Below, in pieces: positions 8,300-16,605 of a DNA stretch of 24,902 bases. Made by a program: the position numbers and the translations under genes. This DNA comes from Spirochaetota bacterium. GTDB lineage: Bacteria; Spirochaetota; UBA4802; JAFGJZ01. Positions within the stretch are counted from its first letter, which is position 1. Each line of letters starts with the position of its first letter. The notes below the pieces were generated by a model that was given only the letters and a program-made list of their open reading frames with translations, had not been told where the DNA came from and ran no database searches. Location of the stretch: NCBI GenBank assembly GCA_041306665.1, contig JBFZEW010000400.1, positions 1 to 24,902 of the forward strand, written 5' to 3'.

Positions 8300-10346
8300 T
8301 CATTTTATACCAAAAGAAATCAGCTGGCTGACTTTCAATGAAAGACTCCTCCAGGAAATGGAAGACAAAACAGTACCATTGATAAATAGAATTAAATTCA
8401 TGGGGATTTATTCCAGCAATCTTGATGAATTTTTTGAAGTACGGGTAGCTACTTTAAAAAGACTCGCGCTTCTCGGAAAAAAATCCGCTAAATTCATCAC
8501 TTATGATCCCAAAATAGTTCTTTCTGAAATCAATAAAATTGTTTTGAATCAGCATAAACGGTATGACAAATCATATGACACCCTGCTGAAAGAACTCGCG
8601 AAAAAAAACATTCACATAATAAATGAAAAAATGCTGAAAGGCAGTCACGAGGAATTTGTAAAAGAATATTTCAACTCCATTGTCCGGGCCCGGCTGTTCC
8701 CGGTTATTGTTGATAACCGTTTCAAATTACCTGCGCTTGATGACAGAGCAATTTACCTTCTGGTTCAAATGTATAAAAGCTGCAAACCGAATATGAAAAA
8801 ATACAGTCTAATTGAAATTCCTTCAGGCCAGCTGAACCGTTTTGTTATACTCCCGAAAATCAACCGCAAACAATATATCATTTTCCTTGATGATATTATC
8901 AGATATGGTTTGTCAAAAATTTACTCTTCTACAGGATTCGATTGTTTTGAAGCATGGGACATAAAAATTACCCGCGATGCTGAACTTGACATAAGTGATG
9001 ATTTTTCTGTAAGCTACATCCATAAAATCACAAAAAGTCTGAAAAAAAGGAAAGCTGGAAATCCGGTCAGATTGGGCTATGACGCCTCAATGCCGAAAGA
9101 AATGCTTTCGTTCCTTTTACGGAAAATAAAACTCACCGGCGAAGATACTGTCATAGCGGGCGGCCGTTATCACAATTTCAGGGACTTTATCGATTTTCCT
9201 GATCTTCTCCCTGAGAAAACAGACAAACCGAAACCGCCAATAAGACATAGAGACCTTTGTAACGCATCAAGCATAATAAATGTAATTGCAAAAAAGGATG
9301 TTCTGCTGAGCCTGCCATACCAGCCGTTCGATTATATTATTGATTTATTACGGGAAGCTTCTATCGATCCGAAAGTAAAATGCATAAAGATAACTTTATA
9401 CCGGATTGCAAAAATTTCTAATGTCGTAAATGCGCTGATCAACGCGGTCAGAAACAGAAAAGAGGTCATTGTTCTTTTAGAGCTTCAAGCCCGCTTCGAT
9501 GAAAAAAATAACATTCACTGGGCAAATGTTCTTCAGGAAGAAGGCGCAACCGTAATTTTCGGCATTGCAGGACTGAAAGTTCATTCAAAGCTCTGCATCA
9601 TTTCACGGGAAGAAAAAAATGACTCCATAAAACATTACTGTATTATCGGAACAGGAAATTTCAATGCAATAACCGCAAAAGTTTATACTGATCATTTTCT
9701 TCTTACATCTGACGAACGTATAACAAATGAAGTTCATCATATTTTTGAATTTTTCGAGAAAAACTATAAAGTTTTCAAATACAGGCATCTTCTGGTTTCT
9801 CCATTCACTGCCCGTGAAAAAATTTCATCCATGATTGATGCTGAAATGGAAAATGCATCAAACGGAAAACCTGCTTATATTGACTGGAAAATCAATAATT
9901 TTTCGGACATTGATATTATACATCAGCTTTACAAGGCAAGCAGAGCTGGCGTGAAAATCCGTCTAATAGTAAGGGGAATGTTTTCTCTTATTCCTGAAGT
10001 AGACGGTATGAGTGAAAATATCTCGGCACGCGGAGTAATAGACAAATATCTTGAACATTCAAGAGTTCTGTTTTTCTGCAACAATGGGAATGAATTATGC
10101 TACATTACATCTGCTGATATTCTTCCGCGCAATTTAAACTCCAGAATTGAAGTTGCATGCCCGATTTACAGCAAAGAAATCAAAAAAGAATTGCGCGATA
10201 TTTTCGAAATTCAATGGGCGGATAACGTCAAAGCCAGGGTTCATGATAAAGAGCAGAGTAACAATTATATTAAAGATGGAAACGTAAAAGTCCGATCACA
10301 AGAGGAAGTATATAACTACTTAAAAATTACGCATGAAGGAAAATGA
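8292..10346 (+). CDS. ppk1: Polyphosphate kinase 1
   Basis: Motifs KEISWLTFNERLLQE, SNLDEFFEVRVA, ELQARFDEKNNI, LKVHSKL (phospho-His), GTGNFN, YLEHSRV and SADILPRNLNSRIE. Confidence 0.97.
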   Translation: MNNHFIPKEISWLTFNERLLQEMEDKTVPLINRIKFMGIYSSNLDEFFEVRVATLKRLALLGKKSAKFITYDPKIVLSEINKIVLNQHKRYDKSYDTLLKELAKKNIHIINEKMLKGSHEEFVKEYFNSIVRARLFPVIVDNRFKLPALDDRAIYLLVQMYKSCKPNMKKYSLIEIPSGQLNRFVILPKINRKQYIIFLDDIIRYGLSKIYSSTGFDCFEAWDIKITRDAELDISDDFSVSYIHKITKSLKKRKAGNPVRLGYDASMPKEMLSFLLRKIKLTGEDTVIAGGRYHNFRDFIDFPDLLPEKTDKPKPPIRHRDLCNASSIINVIAKKDVLLSLPYQPFDYIIDLLREASIDPKVKCIKITLYRIAKISNVVNALINAVRNRKEVIVLLELQARFDEKNNIHWANVLQEEGATVIFGIAGLKVHSKLCIISREEKNDSIKHYCIIGTGNFNAITAKVYTDHFLLTSDERITNEVHHIFEFFEKNYKVFKYRHLLVSPFTAREKISSMIDAEMENASNGKPAYIDWKINNFSDIDIIHQLYKASRAGVKIRLIVRGMFSLIPEVDGMSENISARGVIDKYLEHSRVLFFCNNGNELCYITSADILPRNLNSRIEVACPIYSKEIKKELRDIFEIQWADNVKARVHDKEQSNNYIKDGNVKVRSQEEVYNYLKITHEGK

Positions 10347-10812
10347 AATGCTGAAAGAAACATCAAATCTACTTTTACAAACAGTAAAGTCGCATTTCGC
10401 TAAATATTCCGATATTTCCGATGATATAGCTTCTGTTATACTTTCTGAAGACAAGTGGTCTCTTAAAGAAATTATAGGGCATTTAATTGATTCAGCATCA
10501 AATAATCATCAGAGAATTATGAGATTGCAGACTGAACAGATTCTCAAATTTCCTGGCTACCATTACAGCTGGACTAAAACCGGAAAAATCAATTCAATGA
10601 AATATTCTGATTTAATGGATTTATGGAAAAATTACAATACGCTGCTTGCTCATCTTATCTATGTAACTGATGAAAGCTGCTTGAATAATATCTGGGATAA
10701 CGGAGAAGAACAATATACTTTGATAAAACTAATTACCTGGTATGTTTCTCATATGCAGGATCATCTTAAACAATTCGAAGAAAGACTGAGTGAAATTAAA
10801 AATTTAAAATGA
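10333..10812 (+). CDS. DinB-family (DinB_2) protein
   Basis: KWSLKEIIGHLIDSASNN and YVSHMQDHLKQ supply the His triad of the DinB/thiol-transferase fold. Confidence 0.85.
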   Translation: MKENEMLKETSNLLLQTVKSHFAKYSDISDDIASVILSEDKWSLKEIIGHLIDSASNNHQRIMRLQTEQILKFPGYHYSWTKTGKINSMKYSDLMDLWKNYNTLLAHLIYVTDESCLNNIWDNGEEQYTLIKLITWYVSHMQDHLKQFEERLSEIKNLK

Positions 10813-10841
10813 ATTTAGAAATCTTCGCAGGAGGATAATTT

Positions 10842-11204
10842 ATGAAATATTCATGGCTCGATGAATACTGCCTAAAGAAAAAAGGCGTTGTTAAAGACTT
10901 TAAAGCTGAATGGAACGCTCATAGATTCATGATTGCTGAAAAGATGTTTTTAATGCTCGGCGGTGATAAAGAAAAAAAACCGATTATTACAGTAAAATGT
11001 GAACCGGAGTATGGACTCCAGCTACGTGAAAAATACAAAGACATTATTCCCGGATATTACATGAACAAGCTTCACTGGAATTCAATTTATATAGACGGAA
11101 AAGTGCCGGATGATGTTGTTAAAAAAATGATTGATATGTCTTACAATTTAATTCTTTCATCGCTGAGTAAAAAACTTCAGGATGACATCAATAATCACAA
11201 ATAG
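10842..11204 (+). CDS. MmcQ/YjbR family DNA-binding protein
   Basis: KCEPE...LREKYKDIIPGYYMNKLHWNSIYIDG...MIDMSYNLI signature; AGGAGG SD upstream. Confidence 0.9.
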   Translation: MKYSWLDEYCLKKKGVVKDFKAEWNAHRFMIAEKMFLMLGGDKEKKPIITVKCEPEYGLQLREKYKDIIPGYYMNKLHWNSIYIDGKVPDDVVKKMIDMSYNLILSSLSKKLQDDINNHK

Positions 11205-11239
11205 ATTCTCTCTGTAAAAAAAGACAAAATACGTATTGT

Positions 11240-11280
11240 CGCCTGTCATGACGCCTGTCATGACGCCTGACATGACGCCT
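11240..11280. repeat. 12-bp tandem repeat (about 3.4 copies)
   Basis: CGCCTGTCATGA x2 (11240-11263), CGCCTGACATGA (11264-11275) and CGCCT (11276-11280). Confidence 0.92.
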
Positions 11281-11281
11281 T

Positions 11282-11328
11282 ACTCTCGTCTGACTCTCGT
11301 CTGACGGCCAGTCAGACGAGAGTCAGAC
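11282..11328. repeat. 11-bp tandem repeat embedded in a perfect 18-bp inverted repeat (possible terminator)
   Basis: ACTCTCGTCTG x2 (11282-11303). Stem GTCTGACTCTCGTCTGAC (11288-11305) / GTCAGACGAGAGTCAGAC (11311-11328) with loop GGCCA, followed by an A/T tract. Confidence 0.9.
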
Positions 11329-11369
11329 AATAATTATTTTCGAATAAAGGCTATTTTTAAAAAATTTAC

Positions 11370-11424
11370 TTGAAAAAAACATATATGTTAGTATATTTGT
11401 CCATAAGTGCAAATATACTAACAT
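11370..11424 (+). promoter_or_regulatory. ars promoter with ArsR operator
   Basis: TTGAAA (11370-11375)-N16-TATATT (11392-11397). A perfect 15-10-15 inverted repeat ATGTTAGTATATTTG (11385-11399) / CAAATATACTAACAT (11410-11424) covers the -10 box and the likely start site. Confidence 0.75.
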
Positions 11425-11450
11425 TATAAACGCTTTGCAAAGAGGAAAAA

Positions 11451-11816
11451 ATGGATTTCTACTTGAAACTGTTAAAATGCCTTGGAGATCAAACAAGGAT
11501 CAGAATTCTCAGATTATTGATGGAATCAAAACTTGAACTCTGCGTTTGTGAAATCGTGGATTCACTTCAGATTCCATTTTACAGCATTTCAAAGCACATT
11601 AAAGAATTAAAAAACACAGGGATTTTGTCTGAATCCAGAAACGGAACATTCATCATGTACTCCATTGCCAAGGATGAAAATGAATTTATTACTAAAATCA
11701 TCGAGTTGATAAAAACCATTCCCGATGAAAACTTTTCTAGTGACATTACTTTACTCAAAAAAAGATTGGCAATCAGGGAAAACGGAAAATGCACAATAGG
11801 TCTCATTAAAAAATAA
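11451..11816 (+). CDS. arsR: ArsR/SmtB family repressor
   Basis: LGDQTRIRIL, the alpha3 As(III)-type site ELCVCEI, HTH SISKHIKEL and a further C-terminal Cys; first gene of the ars cluster. Confidence 0.92.
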   Translation: MDFYLKLLKCLGDQTRIRILRLLMESKLELCVCEIVDSLQIPFYSISKHIKELKNTGILSESRNGTFIMYSIAKDENEFITKIIELIKTIPDENFSSDITLLKKRLAIRENGKCTIGLIKK

Positions 11817-11839
11817 ATACCTGCGTTCATGGAGATAAA

Positions 11840-13014
11840 ATGAATAATATTAAAAAATTTTTTGTTATAACCTCAGTATTTGCCGGATTTTTTTTCATTC
11901 CTTTTAATTCAATGCGCATAAGTAACGCGGTAATGGAAGCTTTATTCATGACTCAAGAATACGCTCGTGACCATATATTGCTATGTCTGCTTCCCGCTTT
12001 TTTCATCGCCGGCGCAATCGGAAATTTCATCAGTCAGGGAGCGGTAATCAAATTTCTTGGCGCAAAAGCAAATAAGTTTGTCTCCTACGGAGTTGCTTCA
12101 GTTTCAGGATCAATTCTCGCGGTCTGCTCATGTACAGTTCTTCCTCTATTCGGCGGAATTTACAAACGCGGTGCGGGTCTGGGTCCGGCGATTTCTTTTT
12201 TATATTCAGGTCCCGCAATTAATGTTCTGGCTATAATAATGACCGCCAGAATTCTTGGACTTGAACTCGGAATCGCGAGAGCAATATCAGCAGTAATCTT
12301 TTCAATTGTAATCGGAATTATGATGCATTTCATTTTCATCAAAGAAGAAAATGCCCGCAACAAAGAACTTGAAATGATGATTCCTGAAGATGAAAATTCT
12401 AGTGGAAGAAAACTTTGGCAGACCGCCCTGAACATTGCCGCGATGATCGGCATCCTCGTTTTCGTTAACTGGGGCAAGGATGAATCCATGCGGTTCTGGA
12501 ATGTAATCTATAATTTTAAATATCATATAACTGCAGTTTTCGCCGTTCTGCTAGCGGTATCATTTATCCTGTGGTTCAGAAAAGATGAAATGAAATCATG
12601 GGTAAAAACAAGTTTCGAATTTTCATTGCAGATTATGCCGCTGCTGTTCGCAGGCGTCCTTATTGCCGGATTTTTACTTGGCCGCCCCGGACATGAAGGA
12701 ATCATTCCATCCCAATGGATTTCTTGCTTGTCGGAGGCAACAGCCTTTTTTCTAATTTGTTCGCTTCAATCGCGGGAGCATTCATGTACTTCGCAACGCT
12801 TACGGAAGTTCCGATTCTGCAGGGATTGATCGGCAGCGGAATGGGCAAAGGCCCGGCGCTCGCGCTTCTATTGGCCGGTCCGGCATTGTCGCTGCCAAGC
12901 ATGCTGGCAATTCGGAGTATGATTGGAAATAAAAAAACTTTCGTCTATGTATCGCTTGTGATTGTCATGTCGACAATTACCGGAATGACATATGGCGCGC
13001 TATTCGGAGCATAA
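11840..13014 (+). pseudogene. arsP: ArsP-like (DUF318/COG0701) permease split by a 1-nt frameshift near 12724
   Basis: The N-terminal part has AVCSCTVLPLF and FLYSGPAINV. The C-terminal part (LVGGNSLFSNLFASIAGAFMYFATLTEVPILQGL..GMGKGPALALLLAGPALSLPS) is in the -1 frame. Adding one T at TCT-TG-CTT restores a 391-aa ORF. May be a sequencing error. Confidence 0.8.
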
Positions 13015-13015
13015 C

Positions 13016-13504
13016 ATGTCATCTGTTATAATTCTTGCCGCATTTACATTTATCTGCCTGATAATTTCATTTTTTTCAGACAGGGAGAAAACCGGTATTG
13101 CATTAAAACGCGCAGCTACAATGCTTTTAAATCTGCTGCCGCCTTTTTTTACAATACTGATTCTCATAAGTCTGATTTTATATTTAGTGCCTCAGAGTTA
13201 CATGATTAAAATTTTCGGAAAAGAATCAGGCATAACAGGCATGATCCTTGCTGCAGCTGTAGGTTCAATATCACTAATACCCGGATTTATTGCATATCCG
13301 CTAAGCAGTATATTAATCAAAAACGGCGTAAGTTATTCCGTAATTGCTGTTTTCATCACAACACTCATGATGGTAGGTATAGTTACAATACCGATTGAAA
13401 GAAAATTTTTCGGAATTAAAATTACATTGATGCGTAATGGTTTAAGTTTCGCAGGAGCTTTGCTCATTGGCCTAACAATGGCAGTCCTGTGGAGTGTTAT
13501 ATGA
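13016..13504 (+). CDS. Half-size DUF318-like permease subunit A
   Basis: 162 aa from ATG 13016 (GGAG at 13006-13009, a better start than the track's 12992). Multi-TM with the motifs GSISLIPGFIAYPL and TIPIERKFFGIK. Confidence 0.8.
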   Translation: MSSVIILAAFTFICLIISFFSDREKTGIALKRAATMLLNLLPPFFTILILISLILYLVPQSYMIKIFGKESGITGMILAAAVGSISLIPGFIAYPLSSILIKNGVSYSVIAVFITTLMMVGIVTIPIERKFFGIKITLMRNGLSFAGALLIGLTMAVLWSVI

Positions 13505-14061
13505 AACAGTTTATTAAAAAAAATAAATTCGATTTAATGCTGCTTTTTTCGTTTATCACTTTCATCATATATTCACATTTAGTAAGTCACGCAGCCGGGA
13601 TCGAAATTGGAAATAATTTCGGAAAATTTTTCGTTGAAATGATAACATTTATTCCACTGATCTTCATTTTAATCGGGTTATTCGATGTATGGATTTCAAA
13701 GGAAAAAATTCAAAAACATATCGGGTATAATTCCGGAATTAAAGGCTCATTCTGGGTAATACTTCTTGCAATGCTTCAGGCCGGTCCGCTGTACAGCTCC
13801 TTTCCAGTCGCATATATCTTATGGAAAAAAGGAGCAAGCATCAGGAATATATTTATTTACCTTGGAGCATTTTCGACATTAAAAATTCCCATGCTTGCTT
13901 TTGAAATTACCTATCTCGGCCTCAAATTTTCACTACTGCGGACATTTATAACATTACCCGTTTTTATAATTATCGCACTAATAATGGAAAAAATATTAGT
14001 TATTACAGATTTCCGGGTTACAGATCCGGGGAAACAGGAGAAAAATAATGAACAAAATTAA
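13501..14061 (+). CDS. Half-size DUF318-like permease subunit B
   Basis: 186 aa from ATG 13501 (ATGA overlap with the previous stop, GGAG just upstream). Multi-TM with the motifs [11 protein letters not shown] and [13 protein letters not shown]. Confidence 0.8.
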   Translation: MKQFIKKNKFDLMLLFSFITFIIYSHLVSHAAGIEIGNNFGKFFVEMITFIPLIFILIGLFDVWISKEKIQKHIGYNSGIKGSFWVILLAMLQAGPLYSSFPVAYILWKKGASIRNIFIYLGAFSTLKIPMLAFEITYLGLKFSLLRTFITLPVFIIIALIMEKILVITDFRVTDPGKQEKNNEQN

Positions 14062-14479
14062 AGTTTTATTCGTTTGTATTCACAATTCAGCGAGAAGCCA
14101 AATGGCGGAAAAATTTTTAAATGAACTTGGCGGAGAGAAATTCGCAGCTGAAAGCGCGGGCATCGAGCCGGGAGTTTTAAATCAAACTGTTGTTAAAGCA
14201 ATGATGGAGGCAGGATACGACATATCCGGTAACGCGACTAAATCTGTTTTTGATGTTTTTAAATCAGGAAAAACTTATGACTATGTTGTTACAGTGTGCG
14301 ATCCTGAAGCTGCAGAAAAATGTCCGCTCTTCCCCGGAATTGTTAAACGTGAACATTGGGGATTCAAAGATCCATCTTCATTCAAAGGCACAGATGAAGA
14401 AAAACTGAACTTTACAATAAAAATCCGCGATGAAATTAAAAGCAAAATTCAAGAATTTATTAAAAATACTGAGGAATAA
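14048..14479 (+). CDS. arsC: Thioredoxin-coupled (LMW-PTP-fold) arsenate reductase
   Basis: P-loop [14 protein letters not shown], resolving Cys pair [13 protein letters not shown] and HWGFKDP. Confidence 0.93.
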   Translation: MNKIKVLFVCIHNSARSQMAEKFLNELGGEKFAAESAGIEPGVLNQTVVKAMMEAGYDISGNATKSVFDVFKSGKTYDYVVTVCDPEAAEKCPLFPGIVKREHWGFKDPSSFKGTDEEKLNFTIKIRDEIKSKIQEFIKNTEE

Positions 14480-14481
14480 AA

Positions 14482-15546
14482 ATGGCAAAAGGAATTTCAT
14501 TTTTTGAAAAATACTTAACAGTCTGGGTCATGCTCTGCGTCGCGGCTGGGACATCTTTAGGAATATTTCTTCCGCAGATTCCCGTCTTTCTCAGCAAAAT
14601 GGAATACGCGCATGTTTCCATTCCGGTCGCGATTCTAATATGGCTTATGATTTATCCAATGATGCTTAAAATTGATTTTACTAGCATTGTGAAATCCATA
14701 AAACAACCAAAAGGACTTGCCATTACATTAACGACAAACTGGCTGATTAAGCCGTTCACAATGTTTGGTATTGCCTGGCTGTTTTTTTTCATAATCTTCA
14801 AACCATTTATATTGCCGGAAAACGCGAAGCAGTATCTCGCGGGAGCAGTGCTGCTCGGAGCCGCGCCGTGCACGGCAATGGTATTTGTATGGAGCTATCT
14901 GACAAAAGGAAACGCGGCATACACACTTGTTCAAGTCGCGGTAAATGATTTAGTTATTCTAATCGCGTTTGCACCCATTGTCGCTTTTCTGCTCGGATTA
15001 AGCGATATTATTATTCCTTTCGACACATTACTCCTATCCGTTCTGCTTTTCGTGGTTATTCCGCTGACTTTAGGATATTTAACGCGAATATGCATTATTA
15101 AAATGAAAGGCGAGGAATTTTACAACAACAGGTTTGTGCCGAAATTCAACGGAATTACGATAGCTGGATTGCTTGCAACGCTTATCATAATTTTTTCTTT
15201 TCAGGGCGAAACAATACTTAACAATCCTTTAGCAATTATTCTTATTTCAGTTCCATTAATAATACAAACATTCTTTATTTTCTACATGGCTTTTTTATGG
15301 GCGCGATTCTGGAAACTTCCTCATAGTATTGCCAGTCCAGCAGCAATGATCGGTGCCAGCAATTTCTTTGAACTTGCTGTTGCAGTAGCAATTTCATTGT
15401 TCGGATTAAATTCAGGCGCAACTCTTGCAACTGTTGTCGGTGTACTTGTCGAAGTCCCGGTGATGCTCACTCTAGTAAAAATTTCTAACAACTCAAAACA
15501 TTGGTTCAGTAAAGAAGTACTCGAAATGGCTGGAATTGATAATTAA
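14482..15546 (+). CDS. acr3: Acr3 family arsenite efflux transporter
   Basis: Motifs FFEKYLTVWV, GAAPCTAMVFVWS, GASNFFELAVAVA and VLVEVPVML. Confidence 0.95.
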   Translation: MAKGISFFEKYLTVWVMLCVAAGTSLGIFLPQIPVFLSKMEYAHVSIPVAILIWLMIYPMMLKIDFTSIVKSIKQPKGLAITLTTNWLIKPFTMFGIAWLFFFIIFKPFILPENAKQYLAGAVLLGAAPCTAMVFVWSYLTKGNAAYTLVQVAVNDLVILIAFAPIVAFLLGLSDIIIPFDTLLLSVLLFVVIPLTLGYLTRICIIKMKGEEFYNNRFVPKFNGITIAGLLATLIIIFSFQGETILNNPLAIILISVPLIIQTFFIFYMAFLWARFWKLPHSIASPAAMIGASNFFELAVAVAISLFGLNSGATLATVVGVLVEVPVMLTLVKISNNSKHWFSKEVLEMAGIDN

Positions 15547-15590
15547 ATATTTCAACAGCCAGATACATTACACAAAAAAGAGGAATTATT

Positions 15591-15821
15591 ATGATAATTA
15601 AAATTTTAGGAAGCGGATGTCCGAAATGCAAACAGCTTCAGGCGAACACAGAAAAAGCCGTACAAACTGCCGGCATTAATGCGACTATCGAAAAAGTAAC
15701 AGATATGAAGAAAATAATGGATTACGGAGTAATGATGACTCCCGCTCTTGTTATTGATGAAGTTGTAAAATCATCCGGTAAACTGCTGACAGCTGATGAA
15801 ATTCAGAATTTTTTAAAATAA
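15591..15821 (+). CDS. Small thioredoxin-like protein (TM0996/MTH895 type)
   Basis: IKILGSGCPKC CxxC motif and YGVMMTPALVIDE; 76 aa; GAGG SD. Confidence 0.9.
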   Translation: MIIKILGSGCPKCKQLQANTEKAVQTAGINATIEKVTDMKKIMDYGVMMTPALVIDEVVKSSGKLLTADEIQNFLK

Positions 15822-15835
15822 GACTTAATGATTTC

Positions 15836-15982
15836 TCATTTCCCCGTTAAAGTGTCATTTTGAAATTTTTCAATAAAAAGATTAAGTTCGTCATGACATT
15901 TCGGGTCAACTTCATTCTGAATTTTTTTCTGAATTTTTTTATCATTCAGATTGATTACTTTTTGATTTTCTTTTTTATTCAT
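15836..15982 (-). CDS. Putative 48-aa small protein
   Basis: Manual translation MNKKENQKVINLNDKKIQKKIQNEVDPKCHDELNLFIEKFQNDTLTGK*. SD AGGTGGAG ends 4 nt before the ATG. Convergent with the ars operon. Confidence 0.55.
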   Translation of the reverse strand: MNKKENQKVINLNDKKIQKKIQNEVDPKCHDELNLFIEKFQNDTLTGK

Positions 15983-16261
15983 ATAACTCCACCTGCAATC
16001 AATATCTGAAAGCATAGCAAAAACATTACTTTATTTATGGGCACTTCCAAAAACAAGCATTTACATTTTTTATAAAATCGTAAACACTAATTTTATAAGC
16101 ATTTGTACCGACAAGGGAACATCAAAAATTTAACTTTTACAAGTTCTCATATAATTTACCTTCGATTGTATTATATTTGACAAATAAATATAATTCATAA
16201 AAATTATTACATTAGAATAACGCTGTAAAGTAAAATTTTACCAAATATCCGCGAAACATCT

Positions 16262-16549
16262 ATGAGGGAAATTTTGAATAAACGAAAGGACATGGAATGC
16301 AGAGTTGGATGCGGAGCATGCTGCATTGCTCTTTCTATCAGTTCGCCATTACCGGGAATGCCAAACGGAAAAAAGGCAGGGGAAAGATGTATTAATCTGA
16401 AGAATGATTCAACCTGCAGTGTTCATGGAACTGATTTTTATCCCGAGGTCTGCAGAAATTTAACACCGCAAAAAGAAATGTGCGGTAGAAGTTTTGAAGA
16501 AGCTATGAATTATCTGAGCATACTGGAAAAGCTGACAAAACCTGATTGA
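16262..16549 (+). CDS. YkgJ/UPF0153 family Cys-cluster (CxxxCxxCC) protein
   Basis: CRVGCGACCIALSISSPLPGMPNGKKAGERC...C...C...C. The ATG at 16292 (MECRVGC) is an alternative start. Confidence 0.88.
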   Translation: MREILNKRKDMECRVGCGACCIALSISSPLPGMPNGKKAGERCINLKNDSTCSVHGTDFYPEVCRNLTPQKEMCGRSFEEAMNYLSILEKLTKPD

Positions 16550-16576
16550 CTCTTCCCTGGCCGGAGACTGTAAATT
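16546..16576 (+). promoter_or_regulatory. MerR-type long-spacer promoter
   Basis: TTGACT (16546-16551)-exactly 19 nt-TAAATT (16571-16576). The spacer CTTCCCTGGCCGGAGACTG is GC-rich with a weak TCC-N6-GGA dyad. It lies 30 nt upstream of a MerR-family gene. Confidence 0.8.
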
Positions 16577-16605
16577 TTCATTATACCATCAAGGAGAAAA
16601 CCTAA

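Noticed and set aside
11240-11328. CRISPR array or coding repeat (TTG-started LSPVMTPVMTPDMTP... on +, MSGVMTGVMTG... on -)
   Set aside because: Units are 11-12 bp with no spacers and no cas genes. The peptide frames are short and lack an SD, and the minus one runs antisense into yjbR.
12716-12730. Programmed -1 ribosomal frameshift in arsP (GGATTTC)
   Set aside because: The heptamer is not in the X_XXY_YYZ phase relative to the upstream frame, and a simple 1-nt loss restores the expected sequence.
11244-15898. 10-bp inverted match TGTCATGACG (11244-11253) / CGTCATGACA (15889-15898) bracketing the ars operon, as if transposon ends
   Set aside because: Mostly a self-palindromic 8-mer; no transposase or integrase and no target-site duplication. 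Compatible with chance.
11840-16549. Selenocysteine readthrough in ars-associated permease, thioredoxin or Cys-cluster genes
   Set aside because: The motif positions are ordinary Cys codons, and the TGA codons present fall at normal protein ends.
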